A DNA stretch of 63,983 bases, the filler included, from Octopus bimaculoides (taxonomy: Eukaryota), in the NCBI RefSeq assembly GCF_001194135.2. It is 5 parts of 5 records of this genome, joined end to end, with 100 filler letters (N's around TTAATTAATTAA, not from the genome) between each part and the next. Parts side by side here need not be neighbours in the genome. Positions count along the whole stretch, not along the records: positions 31,405 to 45,544 come from NC_069010.1; positions 45,645 to 56,827 come from NC_069007.1; 3 more parts are not named here. One strand, given 5' to 3'. Both the position numbers and the translations under genes were made by a program. The notes beneath the pieces are model-generated. The model worked only from the letters and a program-made list of their open reading frames with translations. It was not told the DNA's origin and did no database searches. This document shows, piece by piece, positions 40,490-52,827 of the stretch (position 1 is its first letter; the number at the start of each line of letters is the position of its first letter).

Positions 40490-40774
40490 GCTTCTTGTAT
40501 CTATCTGTCTGTCTAGCTATCTGTGTATCTATCTGTCTGTCTTGTCCGTCTACGCAAGCTTTTTGTATCTAGTGATCAGGTGCCCTCCAACCCACTATAA
40601 TATATATATATATATATATTACACACAAACACGTACATATATATATGTATACGTATATATACACACGTACATATACACACACGTACATGCATATATACAG
40701 ACACACACAGGTACATATACATATCTACACACACACACATGTACATCTCAACAAACATACACACGTAGATCTCT

Positions 40775-40810
<36 letters not shown>

Positions 40811-41829
40811 GTACAGATCTACACACACACGCGCGTACATAAGTACATATATATATATATATATACACAGACACACGTACATACATATATACATACAGAC
40901 ATACACACACGTCTGAATATACACACATTCAGACACGTGCGTGTTTAACGTATCCCATGTCTTCATATACGTTCACTTAGACAGATACACACACAGCCAC
41001 CAAAGATACAGGCAGAGCAGCTGAAAGAAGCTCAACATGGCTCTTGTTGATAAGAGACCGCAAGTGGGAACCCTTCCGTAGGTGAAGACTAAGTTCAGTC
41101 CTCGCTGCGCCAGTTAAGTGAAGCGTACAGGCTAAGGGTCGAATCGTTTGTGACCCCAAGATACCTGCTGACGATGTGGAAGAGTATCCAGCATTGCATC
41201 GGATTTAGAAGAGCTTGTAAAATACCTGAATAGTTCTTACAGTGTCTACGTGAGGCAAAGCATCTTCTGTGCTTATTAGAGACAGATGGATGGATAGACA
41301 GACAGACAGACAGACAGATAGATAGATAGATAGATAGATAAGATGGATGGATAGATAGATAGATAGAAATACAGATGATACTAATATATACATATATATA
41401 TATTCCTACATACATACATACATAATCATTTAACGTGCTTTCCATGCTACCATGGGTTAGACACACACACATATAAGAGAAGAAGAAAATGGAGATTGTG
41501 AAGTTAATAAGAGTTTATTATCAACAACAAATTGATGACACCATCCTTTCATGGGGCTAACATGAACCTCTAATCGAATTTTAAATATCACGATTTTAAT
41601 TCAGATCTGTGATCATTTTGTAGCTTTAATAAAATCTATATTGCTCTACCTTTGGTAATCGAGTACTGTTTTTTCTTCCACCTTGTTTTGCACTTATGTA
41701 CTCACCTCTGTGTGTGTGTGTGTATGTNNNNNNNNNNNNNNNNNNNNNNNNNNNNNNNNNNNNNNNNNNNNNNNNNNNNNNNNNNNNNNNNNNNNNNAAA
41801 ATGTACATGCATGTTCCAGATAATCCGAT

Positions 41830-42085
41830 CATCGGAACAGCCAGAGCATGAAATTAACGTGCAAGTGGCTGAGTACTCCACAGATCCTCTACATAGTTAT
41901 CAGGGAGATTCAGTGTGTAAAGCCGATCCTTTGAAATACAGGTACTACTAAGTTTTTGCCAGCTGAGTGGACTGGAACAATGTGAAATAAAGTGTCTTGC
42001 TCAAGGACACGATCAGCCACTGGGTATCGAACACACGACCGTATGATCATGAGCCGATTGCCCTAACCACTAAGCCACGCGCCTT
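41830..42085 (-). mobile_element. Third tRNA-headed SINE family (gagcaacgtgaaataaagtgtcttgctcaaggacac body)
   Basis: Minus-strand head ggcgcgtggcttagtggttaggg...gttcgatacc; related copies near 21965-22260, 39660-39720 and 60725-60860. Confidence 0.7.
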
Positions 42086-42909
42086 TACACACACACACAC
42101 ACACAATAAATAAAACGATTGAAAAACTGCCTGCAGGGATCGAACTGTGTATCTTCACTTATGTAGACAGATATGCTAACGATTACATTAAAGAAACACA
42201 CATATACATAGTTATATATCAATAAATACACACAGAAAAATACATTTATAGACATACACACACACACAAACTCAGGTAAAATAAACTGGATATAAGCGTG
42301 ACCAACTCACCTGCCTCAAAGATGGGTAGATATATATATATATATATTCCAAAAAACTTCAACTGTTGTACATAGATTTTTGGTGACCTTCTGTCTTTTT
42401 ACTGGGAATATTTCGGTAAGGGTGTAGAAATGGAAATCTTTTGTCTCACAGGGTGTATACAATACGGGTAGAAGTGTATATTAAACAATATATATGTATT
42501 GAAGAATTCCCTGTTTTCGATCATAAAAAGACGAAAATTACTCCAAAGTGTCTGTTTTGAGGAATCAATTCTTCAATCTGAAGAACTTTCGGTTTTGCGT
42601 AAATGGTAAGTCTTAAACTCGTGTATATATCTGTATATGTGTGTGGGGTGTATACAGATATTATATATATATATATGTACCTGTGATGTAATTATGTGTA
42701 TGGGTATATATTTATGTAGGTTAGTGCGTATATGATTAGGAGGGGGGGATGATGTGCGAGTGCCTTACAAGGTGTATAAAGATGAATATAAATATAAATC
42801 GGATACAGTATATAGATACAGGTGAGTGTATAGGGTACGTATACAAAATCTAGTCACGATTGTGAGCGTAGTGCGCGATTATATGTGCAGTAAAAGAAAG
42901 TTATGTGTG

Positions 42910-42949
<40 letters not shown>

Positions 42950-43149
42950 AAGAATTAGACAAATAGTGAGATAGAGGAAGAAATCATAAATAATCTGATG
43001 AGAGCAGAAGTATCTTCAATAGTTGATATATGTGTGTATATATATATATATAACATCTATATAATAATTATATATATATATTAACTTTTGTCTTGTAATG
43101 GAGTATATAACTGTGTATGTCTCAAGGTATCTAAATTCTAACTTTCTTA

Positions 43150-43960
43150 AAGTTTCCGACTATTTTTTTCCATTGAATGTTCCTTGGCTGTAAACTGTGA
43201 GCAACTTCCAAAGAAAACTTTTTACCAATTCTTACTTCTATGTCGGCATTTGCTCCGAGCAGCCGACATCATCGTCTTCCACCCTCTCTCTCTCACTCTC
43301 TCTATCAGCCATACTTTCACTCATTCAATCACTCATTTCCTCCCTCACACACATTTCCCTTCACTCTTGCTCCCTACTCTCTCTTCGTCGCATTCTTTCT
43401 CTCTCTCATCCCCCCCCCACTCTCTGTTAAACTCTTGCACATTCTCTTTCTATACTTCTTAGTCTTTCTTTCTATGCTTTCCTCCCCTTCCTTACTTCTC
43501 GACCCAACACACGCACATATCACTTACACACAAACACGCACGCGCATACAGCTTGCACACATATACAGATACACATACACACACACACTCGTCTCCTCCT
43601 CCTTTCACCTCCCCGTTCTCTATCTTCCCTTCTCTCCTCTCCCTCTTTTTCTCACTCCCCGTCTAATACACATCACTTTCTCTCTTACGTTCCCGCACGC
43701 TTTATCTTTCTCTTTCTTTCTCCCTCTAATACAACATACACCTTTTCTGGCATTCTCTTCCAATCATAGCTTTATTTCTATCACCTCTCCTACTCACTCT
43801 CACCTTGACTCTATATCACCCCTTCTCACTCAGTCTCTCTGTCTCACTCAGATGCACAGTTTCTCTTTACCTTTTTCATCCCACCGCCTTCTCTGTCTCA
43901 TCTCTCTTTTCTCTCTTTCTCTCTTACTTATTACCTCTCCCTACTCACTCAGTTTCTCTT

Positions 43961-44013
<53 letters not shown>

Positions 44014-44739
44014 CATACACACACATGTATATGTATGAATATACATCCCTCACTCCCTCATTACTTATTTACAAACTTTCACTCCAGCTCATTGCCCCCC
44101 TCCCTCCGTTCTCTGTATGCGTGTCTCCCTTTCTCCCCCTTTCCCTCTCGGTCTCAATCACTCCCTCTATTCCTTGCTCTCTATCTCTCTCTCTCATGCT
44201 CTCATACAGTTGCTTAGTTTATTTTATTCGTTTATTCTCTTATTCTGTTAATGGTTTCTGTCACGGGATTGCGGCCATGCTGGGGCAGACGCGTATTCGC
44301 GTATTCGCAAATTTCCCACCTAAACTAATTCTCCCACCGTTCAGGTAGCTTACAGGGGCACGCGCGCACATACACACACGCGCGTGTACACATACACGAG
44401 CACACTCACTCAAACGCACGCGCGCACATACATGGGCATACATACGTGCACGCATGCATACTCATATATGCATACACACACACATTCCTTCACTTCACTA
44501 ACTCTTTCACTCACACCACCCCTCACTACTCACTCTTTGCTTTACATCTGAGACTCCCCTTCTTTTCCTATCATACAGCGCAGGAGTGGCTGTGTGGTAA
44601 GTAGCTTGCTTACCAACCACATGGTTCTGGGTTCAGTCCCACTGCGTGGTACCTTGGGTAAATGTCTTCTACTATAGCCTTGGGCTGACCAAAGCCTTGT
44701 GAGTGGATTTGGAAGACGGAAACTGAAAGAAGCCCGTCG

Positions 44740-44776
<37 letters not shown>

Positions 44777-45350
44777 TTGTGTGTCTGTGTTTGTCCCCCC
44801 AACATCGCTTGACAACCGATGCTGGTGTGTTTACGTCCCCGTAACTTAGCGGTTCGGCAAGAGAGACCGATAGAATAAGTAATAGGCTTACAAAGAATAA
44901 GTCCTGGGGTCGATTTGCTCGACTAAAGGCGGTGCTCCAGCATGGCCGCTGTCAAATGACTGAAACAAGTAAAAGAGTAAAAGAGTAAAGAGTATACTCT
45001 TCCCCCTCTCTCTCTCTCTCTTAGTCTTTCTCAATGCTCTTTCTCTTTAACTTTCTTCCCTCTTACCTCCCTCTTCTATCATATGTACACTTCTCTCTCT
45101 CTCTCTTTCTCTTTCTTCTCTTCCCCTCTCTTTCTCAATCTCGTTTCACTTTCCTCCCTCCTTACCCCTTTATGCTGTCACTTTCTCTGCCTTTAGCTCG
45201 CCCCTTTTCATCCTTTACCACCTCTTTCTTGCTCTCACTTCTCTTTCTGTCTCTCTTCTTCTCCCTCACTTACCTCTCTCTCTCTCCTTGTCTCTTTCTT
45301 CCTCCATCACACCCAATTTTCACTTTCATTTTCCTTTCTTCCATTCTCTA
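43150..45350. repeat. Long strand-asymmetric CT-rich low-complexity region interrupted by a SINE
   Basis: The plus strand is predominantly C/T for about 2 kb. Confidence 0.85.
44578..44994 (+). mobile_element. SINE family 1, full-length reference copy
   Basis: A box tggctgtgtggtaag, B box gggttcagtccc, CORE-like accttgggtaaatgtcttctactatagc, internal (TA)n(TG)n, tail (aaagagt)x3. Confidence 0.93.
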
Positions 45351-45353
45351 GAT

Positions 45354-45544
45354 CAGGGGTTTTCAAACTGTGGTCCGCGGACCACAGGGGGTCCGTGGAC
45401 AGCAAATACTTTTTATGGGCAATTTGATTTTATATATGTTTTTTAATCGAAATCTTTTAATTGACAATAAACCTATTTGTTAAATACTGTTAAATAAATA
45501 AATGCGAAAATATATGTTATTTTAAGCAAATATTTATGTATAAA
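45354..45544. mobile_element. hAT (Charlie-like) element left end, truncated by a join
   Basis: ctctagat|caggggttttcaaactgtggtccgcggaccac; NTCTAGAN is the known Charlie target preference. Confidence 0.75.
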
Positions 45545-45644
45545 NNNNNNNNNNNNNNNNNNNNNNNNNNNNNNNNNNNNNNNNNNNNTTAATTAATTAA
45601 NNNNNNNNNNNNNNNNNNNNNNNNNNNNNNNNNNNNNNNNNNNN
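45545..45644. other. Artificial scaffold join (N44-TTAATTAATTAA-N44)
   Basis: Same 100-bp structure. Confidence 0.95.
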
Positions 45645-46648
45645 CTAACATCTAGCCTTCGGCTGCCTTGGACCCTTGTGTCCACCACCCTGATTGGTTC
45701 TCATTTGCGCGGCAATCATCACCAGTTCTGTTTCGTGCCAGGGTGCATACAGTCCAATCGTGGCCTTCAGATAAGGTCACCTGAGAGAGAGTTTTTCTGC
45801 GTTTCCAGTGAGCCCTATTTCATCTATAAATAAGCCTGTTTGAACCCGTCAGTCGTCTTCGATTTCAGACCTCTCACAGGTCTGGTCGCTGACCACATAC
45901 AGAACACAGCTCCAGCCAGTTTCCAGCGACAACGTCATCACCACCAAAGTACTGTCTACCACAATGTCGTCGCCAGCAACACCACTACGAGAGTACACAC
46001 CAACATCAAACGCGGTTTCATCTCTACACTGTACTAGTGGATTATTTCCACCACGAAGTTAACAGTCGGAACTACACTGTGAGAATATTCTGCACCAGGT
46101 AACCGGTCTACAGCATCGACGCTCAACACACACAACATGTGACACCACAGCTCTGCTCTCTCGGCCACAACTTCCTGCATATGAACATTCTATCTCCTTG
46201 TGTAACTCTTATACGAACTGGTATTTCTCTATCTCCGTGTTTAGGACTTTCATAGTCTATGTTACAGACACTCTTTCAATGATCTGTGTTCCTCTCTCTC
46301 TCACACACACATATTGTACACACACTCTTGCTTATACGACAGTCCGTCATTTCATATTGTTGTATACATACTCTTGTACACGAAGGCCTGACTTATCTAC
46401 TGTGTTATTTATATATGCCACATGCTCGCACACACAGACATTACAGTTTCACTATGTTAATAAACTTACTCTCTTTATATATCTAACGGTTGTGTCTGTC
46501 ACTCTCTTGTTCCTTTTTACTGGCACTTGGCTCACATTCTCTCACGGCGAGCCTTCAATGTTATATATCATGTTTTGTGTCCGACCGCGCGACGCATTCA
46601 AAGGAGCCATTTTTCGTCTCGTCGCCATTCTCCTTTGGTTCTATTACA
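45645..46648 (+). mobile_element. Probable solo (or 3') LTR
   Basis: CpG-rich block with reverse CCAAT, TATAAATAA at 45825, AATAAA at 46459 and a ..ttaCA end at 46648 with no PBS; the 5' end is lost in the gap. Confidence 0.5.
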
Positions 46649-46979
46649 GTAGCAACATTTTGGCCACATTATCAGGGTCAAGAATTTCTGCAGGTCCAGT
46701 CTGACAGATAATGGACAAATGTGTAACGAAAATGAAGACAAAGAAACAACATCAAAGCCTGAGTGGGGAATCTCATAACAGAGTGTTTGACAACAGCATG
46801 AAACTCCATTTTGTGGCGAAAATATAGGCTGCTTCTGAGGCCTCGGAAAGGACCTTGACAGAATGAACAGCTGTAACACAAGGCAAGCGTGTGCCAATGA
46901 ATAAACAGTTGTACTGAAGGCCCTGACTTTCAACCATGAATGGAAATATTCATTCATCTACCCATGTCTCCATTTAAAT

Positions 46980-47158
46980 TAGGGATTCTCAACTGGGATC
47001 CGTATGGCCCTTGGCGAGTCCACATAAGATTTTCTTGTTAAAGTATGTGGTCAATACATTGGTTACACTTTTTAATACAATTCCTAATATTTAATTATAA
47101 AAATACAGTTGGATGGGATTTTTTTTTTAAATAGCGAGCAAAGGGTTGAGAACCACTG
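46980..47158. mobile_element. Short hAT-type MITE
   Basis: tagggattctcaac ... gttgagaaccactg imperfect TIRs. Confidence 0.65.
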
Positions 47159-47232
47159 ACCTAAAATGGCTGATCTAAATCTATCTACGTACCCATCTAA
47201 TTATCTCTTTGTTCATTTTTATGAGTCCATCC

Positions 47233-47293
<61 letters not shown>

Positions 47294-48599
47294 TTTCCAT
47301 CCGTCTAATCATTCTACATGTAAACATACGTATGTCTGCGGTGGCGGGTGGGGGGTAAAAACAACAAAATATACTTAACTCAATGGAATGATGTGAGAAA
47401 AAAATGGAGGGAAAAGTCCAATCTAGAAATCGAAGGTATCGTCAGAAAGAGAGCAACGGCTGTTTACGTCCGTGTGTATATGAAAGCTATAAAAGATGAT
47501 GTTAAGAAATGTAAACATAAAGATGTAAATAAATAAAACGAATTAAAAGTGCAGTTTGTTTACATGAGTTACTAAGCGACAACGTAGCTTTCTTAACCTC
47601 ACACATGCTAAACTTGAAGAGTTCCACTTCCGTCTCTTCCCAGACTTTGCGACTTGGTTACCATAGAATCGGTAAATATTTCCATTGTGTGTAGTGTGAC
47701 AGTTTTTGGAAAGTTGGTCGGTGGGTATTCTGCGACAGAATGTCTTGGAGAATACCTAAGGACCAAATAATGAAAGTAAATGTGTGAATTCCAATTAGGA
47801 AGACATTAATTAATGCTGAAAACGAGAGTTGCAGTTATCTTAAAGGTGAAAATATAAGCAAATTATAAACAACGTAATTTGTTTTTAAACATTCATTTGT
47901 TTATACTTTATAAAACTTAAACTTATAAAACTTGTATTTATAAAACATTTTGAGAAATATAAAGTAAAAGATGGACGTGTATTCGGTTTAACGACACAAG
48001 TATGTTTTATACCTGACTGTTTCAGGAAACTATTTTTTTTTTAATGCGATGTTCCACAAAAACCTTGAAGTTGGTATAAATTACGATTATATCAGAATTT
48101 CGAGAGTGGGGAGAAGATTATCGGATAATTCACACGGATCGAATGTGCTTCTTCGTAACTTTCAGAAAAATGTACGTTTTTTAATGAAACTTTCTAGAAA
48201 TACTTTTCGGGTGGTGTAAAATTATGATCAGATTGGAATTTAATGTAAAAAAAAAAAAAAAAAAAAATGCTGGGTGCACACACAGATACATGCTGGTATA
48301 TATCGCGTATTTATGCCTACAAAATGGAACTTGAAATTATAAAAAAATTGATATATGTTATTATGTATGTGTTCGCCCACCTCTCTCTCCATTAAATTCC
48401 AGTATAATCGTTATCTACATCATCTGACAAAGTTGGGTACGGGACATACACGTTTAGGTATGTCTAAATTTGTAGGGGCTATACGGTTATAACGACCTCC
48501 AGTACAAATCAGAAGGGACTACCACATAGAAACAATATTCTATATCCTCCTAATTTACAAATAGAGTTGCGTTTGTTATCTTTATCTGGGTCTCACTTC

Positions 48600-49020
48600 A
48601 TTTTCTTTCGTGTCGTCGTTAGTCCGACAAATAAATAATCATTTTTACATTAGTGGCTATTAAAGTTAATTAAACGATCAATATAAAGACTTTCACCCGG
48701 GATCAAAAAAAAACATTATCCAGCCTGGTGGGTGTTAACAAGTGTGTGGAAAACGAATATGGAAAAAAATGCGCGCTGACGACCCGAGAGGGGTGGAGCT
48801 TTCGGAAAATTCACAAGATCCTATTTCTCCGTCTTAACTTCAGGTAAAATGGATATTACCATAACAAATGCTTCTGTGTGTTACTGGGAAATTTATAGAG
48901 AGTGAAGAAAAGCTTCTAAGCAAACATCTCTAGACTTGTTTTTTAAGAAATCTAGAAATCCGTCTACGAGTGCCTATGAATCGGCGATCGCGTCTACAAG
49001 TGATGGCGGGTGCGAGTAAA
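48600..49020 (+). promoter_or_regulatory. Candidate promoter / non-coding first exon (donor cag|gtaaaa at 48843)
   Basis: CpG-rich unique sequence just before the onset of the CpG-depleted domain; no ORF. Inferred only. Confidence 0.35.
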
Positions 49021-49374
49021 AGTGATTCAGAAAACGATTATAATAATAATATTTTTTATTATAAAGGATCTTGACATTTTTTTTACTTTCCATAAAATAT
49101 TCTTTACATTCTACTGTTGTTTTATTGCCATTTATTTACGAGTATTATAAATTTTATAAGTAACATATTTTTCTGGGAACGAATTACGAGTTATAACATT
49201 GCTACTACGAGTAACTATTGCTCTGCTTTATGAGTTTTCGCTTTACGAATGGTCTCTCGGATCAAATTAATTCCTATATCGAGGCATTATTGTCCTAATT
49301 AAACTGAATTTAATGTTTTATAAGATTTTATAAACAATAAATGATGGAATTCCGGTTGAAGCACCCCATATAAC

Positions 49375-49576
49375 CTCTTTTACTTATTTCAGTCATTTGA
49401 CTGTGGCCATGCTGGAGCACCGCCTTTAGTCGAGTAAATCGACCCCAGGACTTATTCTTTGTAAGCCTAGTACTTATTCTATCGGCCCCTTTTGCCGAAC
49501 CTCTAAGTTACGGGGACGTAAAGACACCAGCATCGGTTGTCAAGCGATGTCGGGAGGGCCAAACATAGACACACAA

Positions 49577-49618
<42 letters not shown>

Positions 49619-49676
49619 GACGGGCTTCTTTCAGTTTCCGTCTACCAAATCCACTCACAAGGCTTTGGTCGGCCCG
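49375..49676 (-). mobile_element. SINE family 1 copy (5' part in gap)
   Basis: Near-consensus, CpGs largely intact. Confidence 0.9.
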
Positions 49677-49949
49677 NNNNNNNNNNNNNNNNNNNNNNNN
49701 NNNNNNNNNNNNNNNNNNNNNNNNNNNNNNNNNNNNNNNNNNNNNNNNNNNNNNNNNNNNNNNNNNNNNNNNNNNNNNNNNNNNNNNNNNNNNNNNNNNN
49801 NNNNNNNNNNNNNNNNNNNNNNNNNNNNNNNNNNNNNNNNNNNNNNNNNNNNNNNNNNNNNNNNNNNNNNNNNNNNNNNNNNNNNNNNNNNNNNNNNNNN
49901 NNNNNNNNNNNNNNNNNNNNNNNNNNNNNNNNNNNNNNNNNNNNNNNGG

Positions 49950-50060
49950 ATAAAAGGCAAAGTCGACCTCGGCGGAATTTGAACTCAGAACGTAATGACA
50001 GACGAAATACCGTTAAGCATTTCGCCCGATGTGCTAACCACTCTGCCAGTTCGCCGCCTT
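49950..50060 (-). mobile_element. SINE family 2 5' half
   Basis: aaaggcaaagtcgacctcggcggaatttgaactcag...ctgccagttcgccgcc. Confidence 0.85.
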
Positions 50061-50178
50061 AAATCCTTTTTTAATTTTTTGGAATTTTCAGAAAAGTTTT
50101 GCGATTTTGTTTTCTCCACATGGAAATTCATACGATTATCCCCTTTTGCTGCCCTCTCTCTGTCTATCTGTCCCCACC

Positions 50179-50229
<51 letters not shown>

Positions 50230-50553
50230 ATCAGCAGTGCTGTGAGAATGTTATAATGGCACATAAAAAACAGTCGTCACTCATGAGCGAATGTGACTTG
50301 GTATTTTGACAAATCTCATGGTAATTGTTTTAGGTGGACATAGACACCCTCTCAGACCGCTAACTCTTGACCTGATAAAACACAGGAGATGTGACAGCTG
50401 GAGAAGAGGACTGCACTAGGCCGGCACTGGGCCAACAGAGCAACACGGAATAGTGTGCTTTACTCTAGATCAGTGCCCCACAAACTTTTTTTTACACTTG
50501 TATTCTTTTCAAAATTTGGCGACACACCTGAACTAAAAATATAACTAAAAGTA

Positions 50554-50923
50554 TTCTTTTACTTGTTGCAGTTATTTGACTGCAGCCATGCTGGAGCACT
50601 GCTTTTAGTCAAACATATTGACCCCAGGGCTTATTCTTTGTAAGCCGAGTACTTATTCTATCGGTTTCTTTTGCCAAACCATTAAGTTACGGGGACGTAA
50701 ACACACCAACACCGGTTGTCAAGCAGTGGTAGGGGACAAACACAGCCACACACATATATATGGCAGGCTTCTTCCAGTTTCCATCTACCAACTTCACTCA
50801 CAAGGCTTTGGTTGGCCTGTGGCTATAGTAGAAGACACTAGCCTAAAGTGCCATACAGTGGGACTGAACCCAGAACCAGGTGAAAGGGAAGCAAGCTTCT
50901 TACCACACAGCCACGCCTGTGCC
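50554..50923 (-). mobile_element. SINE family 1 copy, heavy CpG decay
   Basis: ctgcagcc, gcactgc, agtcaaac, attgacc, gccaaac and ttccatc in place of the CG-containing consensus. Confidence 0.88.
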
Positions 50924-51192
50924 TATACACACATGCATACACACACCATCATCTTCATCTATATATATGTATGTATGTATGTGTATATATATATATATAT
51001 ATAATTCAAATTTACAGAAAACAAATGACGAAGACAGGTGAAGGAACAACAAGCAGATGTATTAGTTTGATGCACGGGAAGAATGGAAAAGTCTTTTATG
51101 TTTTGAGCCTAAGCTCTTTGACAGAAAAGATTGAGAGGTAAAAAAAATGGAGAAAGAAAAAAATGTGTAAGGATTAATGGTTCAATATGATA

Positions 51193-51975
51193 TACAAGAT
51201 CTGATCAATAAGTATCCGGACTGTTGCCATAGTAACGAAGCTAAAGCACACAGAGTGAAACTGCTCGGTAATGATTGACCTTGAGCTCTGCTGTGCATGT
51301 GCACCAAGTTTTAACATTCTAACTCACTTCCACTGTTTACAGCAGTGCTTGGAAGGAAGGTGTGTAGCATGTGATCGTTGCATTGACCATGACAGAGAAA
51401 GTTGTCATGGCAATACCTGCTCAGAGGCCTAGGCAAAGTCACAGAAGGTTTATGGAGAGGAGTGTATGAGCTGCACACAAGTGTACGAGTTTTTCAGATG
51501 TTTCCAAGATGGCTGAAAAAAAGTCGATATTGACAAACGTTACAGTGCAGTTCAGTTCATTATCACTGAAGGTTTGTGTCTGAGACGCTTGTCTGCCAAG
51601 TTTGTGCCTGAACTGCTTTCAGCTGACCAAAAAGACACTTGGGTTTCAGTTGCACAAAATCTCCTTGATTGTGTCAAGAACAATGAAAACTTTTTGAAAA
51701 CTTTGCATAAGCCTCGGAGCAGGTACCCATAAGCTTTTGGCAAAATTTGATGCAGATTCTCTGCTCAACTTTCTCTGTCATAGTCAATGCGATGATCACA
51801 CACTACACACCTTCCTTCCAAGCACTGCTATAAACAGCGGATGTGAGCTAGAATGTTAAAACTTAGTGCGCTTACACAGCAGATCTCAAGGTCAATCTGT
51901 GCCATGCAGCTTCACTCTTCGTGGTTTAGCTTTGTTACTATAGCAACAGTCCGGATACTTATTGATCAGACCATA
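51193..51975 (+). mobile_element. Internally deleted mariner with >200-bp inverted ends
   Basis: TA|caagatctgatcaataagtatccggactgttg ... caacagtccggatacttattgatcagacc; internal remnants VYGEECMSCTQVYEFF..FQDG and LRRLSAKFVPELLSADQK (mariner N-terminal HTH and linker). Confidence 0.88.
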
Positions 51976-52149
51976 TATATATAGGTTTGATAAGTGCTAA
52001 CGTGCAAAACTCTCAGCACTTGAGTCACTCTGTTACATCTCCCAAATATTGCACTGTTGTACTCAAGAAGACCTGTCTACCACAGAAGAATTAATACTGG
52101 TGCTGGTGCCACATCAAAATCACTGGTGCTGGTGTCACATAACAAGTAC

Positions 52150-52352
52150 TGGTGTCATATTAGAGGCACTGATGATGGTGCCACATAAAAGGCACATAGT
52201 ATCTTCTGTGGAGTGGTTGGTGTTAAGAAGGGCACCCAGTCACAGAAACCATGCCAAAACAGACAATGGAGCTTGGTGTGGCCCCTGGCCTTACCATCTC
52301 TGACCAAACTGTCCAACCCATGCCAGCAGGGAAAGCAGATGTTAAATGATGA
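52150..52352 (+). mobile_element. Fourth short-repeat family ending ccaacccatgccagc...gttaaatgatgat
   Basis: Same tail at 39775-39825; related bodies at 32230-32430 and 57660-57870. Confidence 0.7.
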
Positions 52353-52369
52353 TATATATATATAGGCAT

Positions 52370-52710
52370 GTTTTTTTTTTTTTTTTTTTTTNNNNNNNNN
52401 NTTTTTTTTTTTTTCTTTTTTGTTATGTTCTCAAATTTTAACTTTTCTTCATTTCTACTTGTTGCCTCCTCCTCCTCCTTGTCTTCTTTGTTTCTTTCAC
52501 TTTCCTCTTACGCTTTTTGCTTCTCCTCTTTCTTGCCTTCTTTTCATTTTCTTTTCTTACTCTTCTTCCTCTTACTTTCTGTTTTCCTCCTTCCTCTTCT
52601 TCTTCACCTTCTACCCCTCTTTCCCCTCCATCTTCATTTCTTCTCCTTCCTTCCTTCCTTCTTCAATTCTTCTTCTTCTTCAGTTTTTTTGCTTTTGTTT
52701 ACCTTTTCAG
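52370..52710 (+). promoter_or_regulatory. Long polypyrimidine tract and 3' splice site (ttttcag| at 52710) for the F-box exon
   Basis: About 340 nt of T/C ending in a canonical AG 117 nt before the ATG; an in-frame TGA at 52765 shows the intervening sequence is UTR. Confidence 0.65.
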
Positions 52711-52827
52711 GTTCATCTTGCTGGTCTTGTTGCCAAAGTGACTTTAAGAAGGGAGAAGAACTGCTGACCCTCACCCAAGACAACATCCAACCAACCAACC
52801 AACCAACCAATCAGTCACCCTACAGAA

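Noticed and set aside
42306-42315. Strong minus-strand donor gcag|gtgagt as the first exon of a leftward gene
   Set aside because: It appears to be part of a tRNA-headed repeat flanked by (TA)n, with no upstream exon sequence.
43240-44217. 325-aa Ser/Leu/Phe-rich ORF (also 45034-45351 and 52368-52892)
   Set aside because: Translation of C/T-rich low-complexity DNA, where stop codons are rare.
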